From an uncultured Planctomycetaceae bacterium (GTDB lineage Bacteria > Planctomycetota > Planctomycetia > Pirellulales > PNKZ01): a stretch of 64,000 nt of DNA. A program made the position numbers and the translations under genes. How positions within the stretch are numbered: position 1 is the first letter of the stretch; the number at the start of each line of letters is the position of its first letter. Below, piece by piece: positions 1 through 8,971 of the stretch. Under the pieces are notes generated by a model. It did no database searches. It was not told the DNA's origin and saw only the letters and a program-made list of their open reading frames with translations. Location of the stretch: positions 19 through 64,018 of the forward strand of contig CAZZBK010000013.1 in assembly GCA_964652155.1 (NCBI GenBank). The letters run 5' to 3'.

Positions 1-3000
1 CCGCGACCGTGGGTCTTGCCGACATTACCGAGGACCGCGCGGGATCTGCAATCCAGTTCCGAGTGCTCGGCGACGGTCGCGAACTTTGGAAGTCGCATCA
101 GATCCAGAAACCGACGGACGAAGCTACGTTCTCGGTGTCGGTTGCGGGCGTACGCGAATTGCAGTTGGAAGTGGCAACGGTCGCCACGAACTCGAATAAA
201 TTTGCCCACGCTGTCTGGCTCGACCCGCGACTGACGCCGATTGCTGCACCGTCGACCACTCCCGGCGGCTCGTCGGGGGCTAACGTGCCGGGCATCGTCT
301 ATCTCGACGACCTGCCCGAGAAAGACTGGCAAGGATTCATCGAACTGGGAAAGCACGGTGACAAGTGGAAGCAAGACGGGTCGGTCATCAATTGGCAGGG
401 TGCCAAGCCTGCGCATGCGCTGACGACGTATCCGCTCAGCAACGGCTCGGCTACGGTCACGTATGAACTCGGCGGACGGTACTCGGCGTTTCAAGCCGTG
501 GTCGGCATCACGGTGACGCCGCGGACTCCGTTGACGTTCCGGGTTTCCGGCGACGGAAAAATTCTCTGGGAATCACCACCGCAAACCAAAAGGGTCGTAA
601 GCGGCATCGAGGTGAACGTCGACCTCCGCGGTGTTGAAACGCTAAAGCTGGAGGTGCTCTGTCCGGGTGACAACAATTCGGCCCACGCCGTTTGGATCAA
701 CCCGCGGCTGACGCCGACGGCGCAGCCCGAACCTGCCGGCGTCGTCTACCTCGACGATCTGACGGAAATCGAATGGAAAAATCTCGCCAAACAGCCGTTG
801 GGCAAGCACGGTAAGTATCTCTACTTATCCGAAACGACCGAAACGACGATCCTCTTCCGCGGCAAGCCGGTTGAGCACACGCTGTGGATGCATCCTACAA
901 ATCCACCTCGTGCTAATCTGGCGACGGATCCGACTGCGTTTGCCCGGTATAAGCTCGATGGTCAATATGCGACGTTCGCCGCCGAGGCCGGTATTCACGA
1001 GTCGGCGGATAAAGACCCGCAGTCGCCGGTGACGTTTCGCCTGTTGGGCGACGGCCGCGAGCTGTGGAAATCGCAACCGATGCAAAAGCGGGGCGAATCG
1101 GCCGAAGTCGCGGTCGACATTCGCGGGGTGAAGGATCTACGCCTCGAAACGGCTAGCGGCGAAAGAACCGGCGCCTGCCATGCCACCTGGTTCATGCCGC
1201 GGCTGACGCCGGTTGAGAAGACGGCGCTCGCCGCCCCACCACCGGCCGCCGTGTTCCCCTTCGATGCCGCGACGGCGTTGAAGCACCAAGAAGCGTGGGC
1301 CGCGCACCTCGGCGTGCCGGTCGAGTTCACCAACACCCTGGGCATGAAGTTTCGCCTCATTCCGCCGGGCGAGTTCCAGATGGGCCTCGGCCCGGAGTTC
1401 ACCGACGCGGAACTAACGCGGCTGACCGGCGTGACATTCGATGGGAATCTCAGGAATTTGCGCACGGCTCGGCCGGCGCACGGCGTGCGGATCACGCGGC
1501 CGTTCTACATGCAAGTGGACGAGATCACCTCCGGCCGTTATCGCGATGTCGTCGGGCAACTGCGAGCGGAGATGGAGCAGAATCCGAACAAGCTGCTGGG
1601 GCAATACGTGGCCTGGCCCGATGCGATCGCGTTTTGCAACCAACTGAGCGAACGCGAAGGGAAGCGGCCCGCCTACCGGATCGCAGGGGCGGAAATCACG
1701 CCGATCGACGACTCCGATGGTTACCGACTCCCCACCGAGGCCCAGTGGGAATACGCCTGCCGCGCGGGGACGAACACGCTCTGGTACTTCGGCAACGACG
1801 GCAGCGCCGATCGAGAAACGTTCGTCAAGCAATGCGCCGCCCCCAATCCGTTCGGGCTGACCGGCCTCTACGGCGGGTCGAACGAAATGTGCTGGGACGC
1901 CACGGACCTGAAGCCGTACCCGGCCGCGACGCCCAGCGGTCGCAACGATCCCCGGGAAGACGCGGGGGCGGAGCGCATCAAACGCGGCGGCTCGGGCAAC
2001 GACAGCGGTGGAGCGAGTCGCTTCGCGATCAACAGCTTTGCGCGCACCAAGTCGTTCGGCGGGCCGTACAGCCCGGCGGCGTTGCAATACTCGGGCTTCG
2101 GCCGCGTCGTGCTGCCGATCGCCGCGGCACCAGTGAGCGACCCACGAGCGGGAGGCGTGAGCCTCCCGATGAGCCCCTCGACGAGCGGCGCACCCAACGG
2201 TCCAAGTAAACCGGTCAATCCGAGTAATCAGGGGGCCAACGCCCAGCGCTCGTTGCCCAGTGACGTCGTCGACATGCGACCGATGATTGACGTCGTGCGC
2301 GACACCGTCGCCGGTGACTGGACCTTCTCCAAGGAGGGTCTGAACGTACCGTATCAAATCAACGGCGACACGGGGGGCAAAGGAGCTCCACGATTGCAAC
2401 TCCCCTATACGCCGCCCGATGAGTACGACCTGCTGCTCGAGTTCACACCCACCAGTCGCGGCAACGACCTGGGCTGCTTGCTGAGTGCCCAAGGACGCAG
2501 TTTCCAGTTTCGCATCGACCGCAAGTCCGCGGGTGTCAATACCTGGTACGCCGGCTTCGGCTGGATCGACGGCAAACGGGTCGAAGAATTGCCCGCGAGC
2601 ATCAAGCAAGACGAAAAGCCGTTTCTGACAAATGGTCAGCGCTATCAGTTGACGATCGAGGTGCGTCGCGATGGATTGCGGGCCATACTCGACAGCAAGC
2701 CGTTCGTGCAATGGACAGGAGATTGGCAGCGATTGACCGTGGGCGATTCGGCGGAACGGCTCCCCGATCCGAAACGACTCGGCCTGATTGCCTATGGCCG
2801 CGCTGCGACGTTTCACACCATCACCGTCCGCGAAGTGACCGGCCGCGGCACGATGCACGCCGCCGCGGTGAACAGTGTTCCGGCCGCGCCGCGGTGGCCG
2901 CTCGCGCCGTCGAAGCCGGAAGACATCAAGCGACTGCTCGATGCGAAGGTCGAATTGACGGTGCGTGCCCCGGCGTCGTACGGTGGCGCGTCTTTCGACT

Positions 3001-4319
3001 CGAAGCTCAAGCCGGGCGACGCCCTGCCCGCCGGCCCGGTGACGATCGTCGGCGTGTTGGTGATGAGAAGCGAACCCGTGTTGATGGACGATGCGCTAGT
3101 CGGCGTCGTCGCCGGACTGACCGATTTAGAAGACCTGAACTTCTATTACAACGAGACGTACCCCGTCACTCCCGCGGGATTGTCGAAGCTGGCCTCGCTC
3201 GTGAATTTGCGACGGCTCGATCTCCTTTACCTCCATGGAAATACTAAGGGGCTTTCCGATCTGTTGAAGTCGTGGCCGCATTTAGAATATCTCCGTCTTC
3301 CTGGCCGGAGCGCGACGGACGAATGGGCTGCGGCCGCAGCCGCCAGACCGTCGATCGTCGAGTTATCGGCGTATCGCTCGGGTCTCTCCGACGCAGGCTT
3401 GGCCCACTTGGAGAAGATGCCGCAGCTCAAACAACTGCAACTTCTTGACTGTGAGCAGCCCTCGCAAGCTGCGATCGACCGGTTCGCCGCCGCCGTGCCG
3501 GGCTGTCGCATCCAACTAAAACCCAAGGAATTCATCGAGCCGCGCACGCCGCTGGGTATTGCCGCACCGATGCCGGCCGCGGCTCCCGCGCCGCCCCGTT
3601 GGCCGCTGGCGCCGTCGAAGCCGGAAGACATCGTCTGGCTGCAAAGCCTGAAAGCGACGCTCACGCTCCGTGCGCCGAGTGCGTTCGGCGGCGACCCCAC
3701 GGACGTCCAAGTTCTACCCGGCGCCCCCTTGCCGACCGGCCCGGTGACGATCGTCGGCGTCAGCATGCATCGCGACGGCGGGCCGCAATGGACCGACGCC
3801 GAGATGGCGAGGCTGGCGACCCTGACCGATTTGGAGACGTTCTCCACCGACTTCGCCTTACCGGGGGCCGCAGTCACGAAAACCGGCATGGCCGAGTTCG
3901 CGAAGCTGACCGGGCTACGCATACTAGTTCTGGGTCGCTTGGGAACGGCCGACACCGACTATTCCTTTTTAGAACGCTTGCCGCGATTGGAAACGCTCCA
4001 ATTGTCCGTGATTCCGTTCCCCAACTGGGTTGATCAAGTCCGGCGGCTCTCGCTGCGCGAATTGAAAATTTACTCCCTGAGCCTCTCCGGCCTGAATGAG
4101 CTCAAAGGCTGCCCGACGCTGACGACTTTCACCCTCGCCGGCAGCAGCGGCGACTTGGAAGCACGCCGCACGGCAGCCTCCGAGCTAGCCAAAGTGATGC
4201 CCTGGGTCCGCATCAAGCTTGGAACCGGTGGCACCAGCGAGGTCGAAACCATCGAGCCGACCGCCCCGCTGCCGGGCGCCGTCCCCGCTCAGCCCGCATC
4301 CCCCGCTTCCGGCAAGTGA
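1..4319 (+). CDS. 5'-truncated giant secreted multidomain protein: 3 NPCBM-like modules, an FGE/SUMF1-fold domain, a LamG/DUF1080-like module and 2 x (beta module + leucine-rich repeats)
   Basis: The frame of ORF 9..4319 is open to the window edge. The first module lacks its N-terminal half compared with modules 2 and 3. A module ending AHAVW(L/I)(D/N)PRLTP or CHATWFMPRLTP occurs three times. SUMF1 signature GYRLPTEAQWEYACRAGT is present. PRWPLAPSKPEDI...GPVTIVGV occurs twice, each followed by LxxLxL-rich stretches. Confidence 0.8.
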   Translation, partial: ATVGLADITEDRAGSAIQFRVLGDGRELWKSHQIQKPTDEATFSVSVAGVRELQLEVATVATNSNKFAHAVWLDPRLTPIAAPSTTPGGSSGANVPGIVYLDDLPEKDWQGFIELGKHGDKWKQDGSVINWQGAKPAHALTTYPLSNGSATVTYELGGRYSAFQAVVGITVTPRTPLTFRVSGDGKILWESPPQTKRVVSGIEVNVDLRGVETLKLEVLCPGDNNSAHAVWINPRLTPTAQPEPAGVVYLDDLTEIEWKNLAKQPLGKHGKYLYLSETTETTILFRGKPVEHTLWMHPTNPPRANLATDPTAFARYKLDGQYATFAAEAGIHESADKDPQSPVTFRLLGDGRELWKSQPMQKRGESAEVAVDIRGVKDLRLETASGERTGACHATWFMPRLTPVEKTALAAPPPAAVFPFDAATALKHQEAWAAHLGVPVEFTNTLGMKFRLIPPGEFQMGLGPEFTDAELTRLTGVTFDGNLRNLRTARPAHGVRITRPFYMQVDEITSGRYRDVVGQLRAEMEQNPNKLLGQYVAWPDAIAFCNQLSEREGKRPAYRIAGAEITPIDDSDGYRLPTEAQWEYACRAGTNTLWYFGNDGSADRETFVKQCAAPNPFGLTGLYGGSNEMCWDATDLKPYPAATPSGRNDPREDAGAERIKRGGSGNDSGGASRFAINSFARTKSFGGPYSPAALQYSGFGRVVLPIAAAPVSDPRAGGVSLPMSPSTSGAPNGPSKPVNPSNQGANAQRSLPSDVVDMRPMIDVVRDTVAGDWTFSKEGLNVPYQINGDTGGKGAPRLQLPYTPPDEYDLLLEFTPTSRGNDLGCLLSAQGRSFQFRIDRKSAGVNTWYAGFGWIDGKRVEELPASIKQDEKPFLTNGQRYQLTIEVRRDGLRAILDSKPFVQWTGDWQRLTVGDSAERLPDPKRLGLIAYGRAATFHTITVREVTGRGTMHAAAVNSVPAAPRWPLAPSKPEDIKRLLDAKVELTVRAPASYGGASFDSKLKPGDALPAGPVTIVGVLVMRSEPVLMDDALVGVVAGLTDLEDLNFYYNETYPVTPAGLSKLASLVNLRRLDLLYLHGNTKGLSDLLKSWPHLEYLRLPGRSATDEWAAAAAARPSIVELSAYRSGLSDAGLAHLEKMPQLKQLQLLDCEQPSQAAIDRFAAAVPGCRIQLKPKEFIEPRTPLGIAAPMPAAAPAPPRWPLAPSKPEDIVWLQSLKATLTLRAPSAFGGDPTDVQVLPGAPLPTGPVTIVGVSMHRDGGPQWTDAEMARLATLTDLETFSTDFALPGAAVTKTGMAEFAKLTGLRILVLGRLGTADTDYSFLERLPRLETLQLSVIPFPNWVDQVRRLSLRELKIYSLSLSGLNELKGCPTLTTFTLAGSSGDLEARRTAASELAKVMPWVRIKLGTGGTSEVETIEPTAPLPGAVPAQPASPASGK

Positions 4320-4365
4320 AGCTACAACCTTGTCCCCGTCACCGTTCGCACACGGAGTCGATTCC

Positions 4366-4518
4366 ATGAATGGGTACCGTACACAACTTCATCCGCTCCG
4401 ACTCTTAGCAGCTTGCCTGACGCTGGGGTTCCTGGCCGCAACGGCTTCAGCGCGAGCGAATGCCGAAACTCCACCGACGAAGAATCTCGCCAATTCCATC
4501 GGGATGGAGTCCCGTTAG
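4366..4518 (+). CDS. possible 50-aa signal-peptide ORF, or remnant of the start of an FGE-domain gene
   Basis: Internal ATG of ORF 4219..4518 gives MNGYRTQLHPLRLLAACLTLGFLAATASARANA/ETPPTKNLANSIGMESR. NSIGM resembles the usual entry into SUMF1 domains (compare TLGMKFRLIPPGEF in the upstream gene), but the frame stops immediately. Confidence 0.2.
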   Translation: MNGYRTQLHPLRLLAACLTLGFLAATASARANAETPPTKNLANSIGMESR

Positions 4519-4806
4519 CCGCCCTTGCTCGGCCCGGATCAACGCCAGGCACGAGCACCACGATGCAGCTCCCGCCATGTCGGTCGCAGCGTATCGGGCC
4601 GCCTGCCCAACTCCTATTGAGCGCGCTGGCATCCAACATAACACCTGTTGCCAAAGTCACTTGTGAATATTCGCCCGAAATCGATTTTGGTAAATTTCAC
4701 TCGACATCGCCCGGCAGTCGATGTATAAGAGTAGTCTTATATCCCACCGATTTGTACCCTCCCTGCTAGCACCCCCTCCCGCCTCAGCCGCTAGGAGCGC
4801 AGCGTC

Positions 4807-5112
4807 ATGGAACAAAAATACGAAGGTACGCCGCAAGCGGAAATTCGTCTCGAAGGTCGCCGTGTGGTCCGTGGCGATGTGACCAACGATTGGGGCCTGC
4901 GCCTGCAATGGGTCGTCAGCCGCGACGGCAAGGTCGTGGCCACGGCCAATGCCCGCACCGAGTCGAGCTACGAACACACCGAAACCGAAAAGGGCAAGTA
5001 CGAAGTCGTGCTCCAGATGTGGAAGTACGTTGACTACCGCAAGACGCCCGACGGCCAGTTCGTGAACAGCAAGTTTGTCGACGTCTCGAACAAGGTCAGC
5101 TACACGATTTAA
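4807..5112 (+). CDS. small hypothetical protein (101 aa), first gene of the DUF1501 operon
   Basis: ATG is preceded by AGGAG about 8 nt upstream (gctaggagcgcagcgtcATG). Composition looks coding. No signal peptide and no family recognised. Confidence 0.65.
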   Translation: MEQKYEGTPQAEIRLEGRRVVRGDVTNDWGLRLQWVVSRDGKVVATANARTESSYEHTETEKGKYEVVLQMWKYVDYRKTPDGQFVNSKFVDVSNKVSYTI

Positions 5113-5222
5113 GCTTAAGCGTTCTCGGTTTTCTGTTCTCCGTTTTTGGTTGAACGGCGAATCGATCGAATACCGTCATCCCATTCATTTGTCATTCATC
5201 GAGCCACTCGAGGCCCCCTATC

Positions 5223-6608
5223 ATGTTGCACGTCGGAGACGAGCGAGTTCCGTTCTGCGGCGGTCACGGTCTGTCGCGGCGCAGCTTTATTCAGGCGGGC
5301 TCGGCCGGCTTGGTCGGCTTGTCGCTCCCCGCGACCATGAGCCTCGAAGCCGCGGGCGCGATCGACGAGAGCCGCGCCAAGATTCGCAACTGCATCACCA
5401 TTTTCCTCGTCGGCTCGCCTGGCCAAGTCGACACCTGGGACATGAAACCCGACGCCCCTGCCGAGGTGCGCGGCAAGTTCAAGCCGATCAGCACGAACGT
5501 CTCGGGCATTCAGATTTGCGAGCATTTTCCGCTCATGGCGCGGATGATGGACAAGGTCGCGCTGATCCGCTCGCTGCACCACAAGACCGGCGCCACGCAC
5601 GAAAATGGCCAGCGCTGGATGATGACCGGCCACGACTTCAACGCCGATAGCATGAAGCCCTACACCGGCTCGGTCGTCTCGCGCGTCTTTGGCCAGAAAA
5701 GCGAAATGCCTTCGTCGGTCATTCTGCCCGGCCCGATCGGCAACACCGGCGCGGGCAACCTGCACGGCCAGACCGCCGCCTACCTGGGGAGCGCCCACGA
5801 GCCGTTCTTTCTCAACTCAGATCCCGCCAAAAGCGATTTCAAAGTTTCGGACCTTGAAGCCCCGGCCGGGCTCAGCGAGTTCCGCGTCGACGCGCGTAAG
5901 AAACTGCTCTCGCAGATCGATCAGCTCCAGCGCCGCAGCGAGTCGCGCAGCACGCAAATGCACGACAACTCCTATGAACGCGCCTTCAAACTGCTCACGT
6001 CGCCCCGGGCCAAAGAGACCTTCGACCTGGGCAAAGAGCCCGACAGCGTTCGCGATCGTTACGGCCGCAACACCTTCGGTTCGAGTTGCTTGCTGGCCCG
6101 CCGCATGATCGAAGGGGGGGTCCGTTACGTGACGGTCAACCACTTCGACACGGTCTTTAATCAGACCTGCTGGGACATGCATGCCGACGGCGGCGGACTC
6201 AACAATACCTATGCCGACTACGAGAACCACCTCTGCCCACAGTTCGACTGGGCCTTCACCGCGCTCATCAGCGATCTGGAGCAACGGGGCCTGCTCGAGA
6301 GCACGGTCGTCGCGGTGCTCAGCGAGTTCGGCCGCACGCCACGCCTGAACGCCAAGGGGGGCCGCGACCACTACCCGGCCGCCTGGACCAATTTCCTCTG
6401 CGGAGGCAGTATCCGCGGCGGACAAGCGATCGGCTCCACCGACTCCATCGGCTCGCGCCCCGCGAGCAACCCCATCGAGCCGCCGCAAGTGCTGGCCTCG
6501 ATCTATCACGGCATGGGAATCAACCTCGAGACGACGATGATGCCCGGCCCGGGCGAGCGTCCCGTCCGCTTGATCGAAGCCGAACCGATTCGCCAGTTGT
6601 TCTCTTAA
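5223..6608 (+). CDS. DUF1501 domain protein (sulfatase/alkaline-phosphatase superfamily), Tat-exported
   Basis: Twin-arginine N-terminus SRRSFIQAGSAGLVGLS. Typical DUF1501 blocks are present (VDTWDMKP, HHKTGATHENG, GGRDHYP). Confidence 0.9.
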   Translation: MLHVGDERVPFCGGHGLSRRSFIQAGSAGLVGLSLPATMSLEAAGAIDESRAKIRNCITIFLVGSPGQVDTWDMKPDAPAEVRGKFKPISTNVSGIQICEHFPLMARMMDKVALIRSLHHKTGATHENGQRWMMTGHDFNADSMKPYTGSVVSRVFGQKSEMPSSVILPGPIGNTGAGNLHGQTAAYLGSAHEPFFLNSDPAKSDFKVSDLEAPAGLSEFRVDARKKLLSQIDQLQRRSESRSTQMHDNSYERAFKLLTSPRAKETFDLGKEPDSVRDRYGRNTFGSSCLLARRMIEGGVRYVTVNHFDTVFNQTCWDMHADGGGLNNTYADYENHLCPQFDWAFTALISDLEQRGLLESTVVAVLSEFGRTPRLNAKGGRDHYPAAWTNFLCGGSIRGGQAIGSTDSIGSRPASNPIEPPQVLASIYHGMGINLETTMMPGPGERPVRLIEAEPIRQLFS

Positions 6609-6630
6609 GCATTACGGTGAGGCGGAAGCC

Positions 6631-8970
6631 ATGCGACACACAACTTGGGCATGCATTCCGCTCCGCTGTACGACGGTCCTTGCGATCGTTTGCGCCTTGG
6701 CCGTGCAACTGCCGGCCGCCGAGCCCACGATAGCGAACCTCAATCTCCGTGGCCTGCAAAGCGGCGGCACGACCACGCTCGTCATCGACGGCACCGAACT
6801 CGGCGCGGCCGACGCCCAACTGCATCTCCCCTGGCCCTGCGAGCAACAACTCGAAAAAGGGGCCACCGCCACGCGGCTGACCGCAACCCTCAAGCTCCCC
6901 GCCGACGTCGCCAGCGGTTATTACTCGCTGCGGGTCGTCTCTCCCAGCGGGGTCAGCCTGCCGGTGCTCGTCGCGGTCGATCCGCTCCCCCAACGGCCGC
7001 TTGTGGGCAGCAATGTCGACAAGCTCCCCGTGGCCTTGCACGGCACCGTCGCGGGCTCTGCCGTGCTCGAAACGCAACTCACGCTCAAGGCGAACGAGAC
7101 ATTGCACCTTGACGTCGAAGCGGCCCGACTGGGCAGCAAACTCCGCCCGGTCGTGCATGTTTATGATGAGCATCGCCGACAATTGGCTTGGGCCTGGTCG
7201 ACGCCGACCCTCTGGGGTGACGTGCGGTTGAGTGTGAAGGCCCCGAAAGATGGTTCCTACACGATCGCTATTCACGATTTGGAATATGCAGCCGCGGCAC
7301 CGAGTTATTTTCGCCTCAAGCTCGGCAACTTATCGAGCATCGAGCAGGTCTTTCCGCCAGTCGTCTCGGCTGGCCAAACGACACGTGTCGAGTTGCTCAC
7401 GAGCGCGGGCTTGAGAACGGTCGACGTGAAGCCCGACGCCGCGACGCCGTTTGTCTCGTTGGCTTGGCCAGAAGCCGCGCTGTGGAGCGGCTTGCGTCCC
7501 TGGGTGCAGGTGAGTTCCTATCCCGAGCTGATCGCCCGCGGGGCGGATAACGCGCCGCAGGATTTACCCGCGGGCCCCGTGGGCGTGAGCGGTCGTTTGA
7601 CCCGCCCGCAGCAGGAAGACCGTTTTCGCCTACCGGTCGAGCCGCTCAGCAAGCTGCGGCTGGAAGTGTTCGCCGATCGCTATGCCTCGCCGCTCGATGC
7701 GGCCGTGGTGGTGCGTAACGAGAAGGGGGAGCAACTCGCGCGCGGCGAAGATAGTCCCGGCACGCTCGATCCGGTGCTCGAGTACACGGTCCCGGCCGGC
7801 GTGCAAAACGTGATCGTCGGCGTGGTCGACGCGCAAGGCCGCGCCGCGCCGCAGGCCATGTATCGCCTGCTGGTCGAGCCGCAATCGGGCAAGCAGTCGA
7901 TGGTCGACTATCGGCTCTCGACCACCAGCGGACGGCTCACACTCGGCGCGTCAGGCCGCGCCGTGCTCCCCATTCTCTCCGAGCGACGCGGCTACACCGG
8001 CCCCATCGAACTCTCGGCCGATGGCTTGCCGTCGCACCTCAAGCTCAGCCACGTCACGATCCCCGCGCTCGCCGACGGCGCGCTGGTCACCCTCGACCGC
8101 ACCGCCGGCGAAGCGGCCACGCTCGTCACCCGCTGGCGCGGCGCGTCGGCCGTCGGGGCACGCCCCGTGCTGCTCAAAAATCATCCGCTCGAAACCATTC
8201 AGCCGTGGCTCGCCACCGAGGTCTCGCTGCTGCTAACTAAAACCGACAGCGTGCCGTTCCAACTCGATTGGCGCGACCTGTCGGCCGACACGCCGCTCGT
8301 GTTGGGCAGCAAGCTCACGCTGCCGCTGAAAATTTCTCGCAGCGACGAAAATACCCTCGTGCGACTCTCACTCGTCACCAGTCAACTCGTGTCGCTCGTC
8401 AACAATCAGCCCGACCCCATCAAAACCCTGCGCGTCGAAAAGGCCGTCGAGGTCGCCGCGAAAACGGTGGACACCGAGCAACCGCTGCTGGTGCCCGTCG
8501 AGCTCACCAGCCCCGTGTACGATGTGACCGTGCAGGGTGAGTTGCTCACGGCTGACAAAAAGACGGTGCTCGCCACGGCGTTCGCTCCCGTGCGCCGCAT
8601 GCCGGTCGTCAACCCGCTCGGGATCGAGTTGGCCGAGGGACTAACCTACACCGCGACAAGCGACGGCAAGGCGGGGGTCAACGTGAAGGTCACGGGCAAG
8701 ATCGCGCGACGCGCCCCGCTCGCGGGTGACGTGTCGCTGGCGATCACCGGATTGCCCAGCGGCGCGGTGAGCGCCGCGGTCACGGTCAAAGCCGATCAAA
8801 GCGAGTTCGCGGCGAACATTGCCGTGCCCGCGACACTCGCCCCCAGCGAGTACAAAGGGCTGAAATTGCAAGCCTCGATCGTGCCGGACAGCAAGTTGCC
8901 GAATCAACGGATCAAGAGCGAGCGCGAGTTGACGCTGCTCGTCAAACGAACCGAGAACGACAAGAAGTAA
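6631..8970 (+). CDS. secreted hypothetical protein with two PPC-like (pre-peptidase C-terminal) beta modules
   Basis: Signal peptide MRHTTWACIPLRCTTVLAIVCALAVQLPAAEP. Two segments have the pattern GxVxxxxxxDxFxLxxxxxxxLxLEVxAxRxxSxLD. Lies 22 nt after DUF1501 and 1 nt before the PSCyt/PSD1 gene. Confidence 0.7.
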   Translation: MRHTTWACIPLRCTTVLAIVCALAVQLPAAEPTIANLNLRGLQSGGTTTLVIDGTELGAADAQLHLPWPCEQQLEKGATATRLTATLKLPADVASGYYSLRVVSPSGVSLPVLVAVDPLPQRPLVGSNVDKLPVALHGTVAGSAVLETQLTLKANETLHLDVEAARLGSKLRPVVHVYDEHRRQLAWAWSTPTLWGDVRLSVKAPKDGSYTIAIHDLEYAAAAPSYFRLKLGNLSSIEQVFPPVVSAGQTTRVELLTSAGLRTVDVKPDAATPFVSLAWPEAALWSGLRPWVQVSSYPELIARGADNAPQDLPAGPVGVSGRLTRPQQEDRFRLPVEPLSKLRLEVFADRYASPLDAAVVVRNEKGEQLARGEDSPGTLDPVLEYTVPAGVQNVIVGVVDAQGRAAPQAMYRLLVEPQSGKQSMVDYRLSTTSGRLTLGASGRAVLPILSERRGYTGPIELSADGLPSHLKLSHVTIPALADGALVTLDRTAGEAATLVTRWRGASAVGARPVLLKNHPLETIQPWLATEVSLLLTKTDSVPFQLDWRDLSADTPLVLGSKLTLPLKISRSDENTLVRLSLVTSQLVSLVNNQPDPIKTLRVEKAVEVAAKTVDTEQPLLVPVELTSPVYDVTVQGELLTADKKTVLATAFAPVRRMPVVNPLGIELAEGLTYTATSDGKAGVNVKVTGKIARRAPLAGDVSLAITGLPSGAVSAAVTVKADQSEFAANIAVPATLAPSEYKGLKLQASIVPDSKLPNQRIKSERELTLLVKRTENDKK

Positions 8971-8971
8971 G

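Noticed and set aside
1250-2150. Diversity-generating retroelement targeting the FGE/C-type-lectin-fold domain
   Set aside because: No reverse transcriptase ORF and no template-repeat copy of the domain end were seen anywhere in the window. The domain is also internal rather than C-terminal.
1413-2858. Long antisense or alternative-frame ORFs: 1413..2858(-), 12551..14596(+), 39559..40872(-), 43732..44742(+), 45246..46124(-), 46521..47645(-), 53655..55346(+), 60134..61348(+) and many shorter ones
   Set aside because: They overlap genes with clear family motifs. Their translations are Arg/Ala/Gly/Pro-rich with no recognisable motifs. Stop-free antisense frames are expected in GC-rich DNA.
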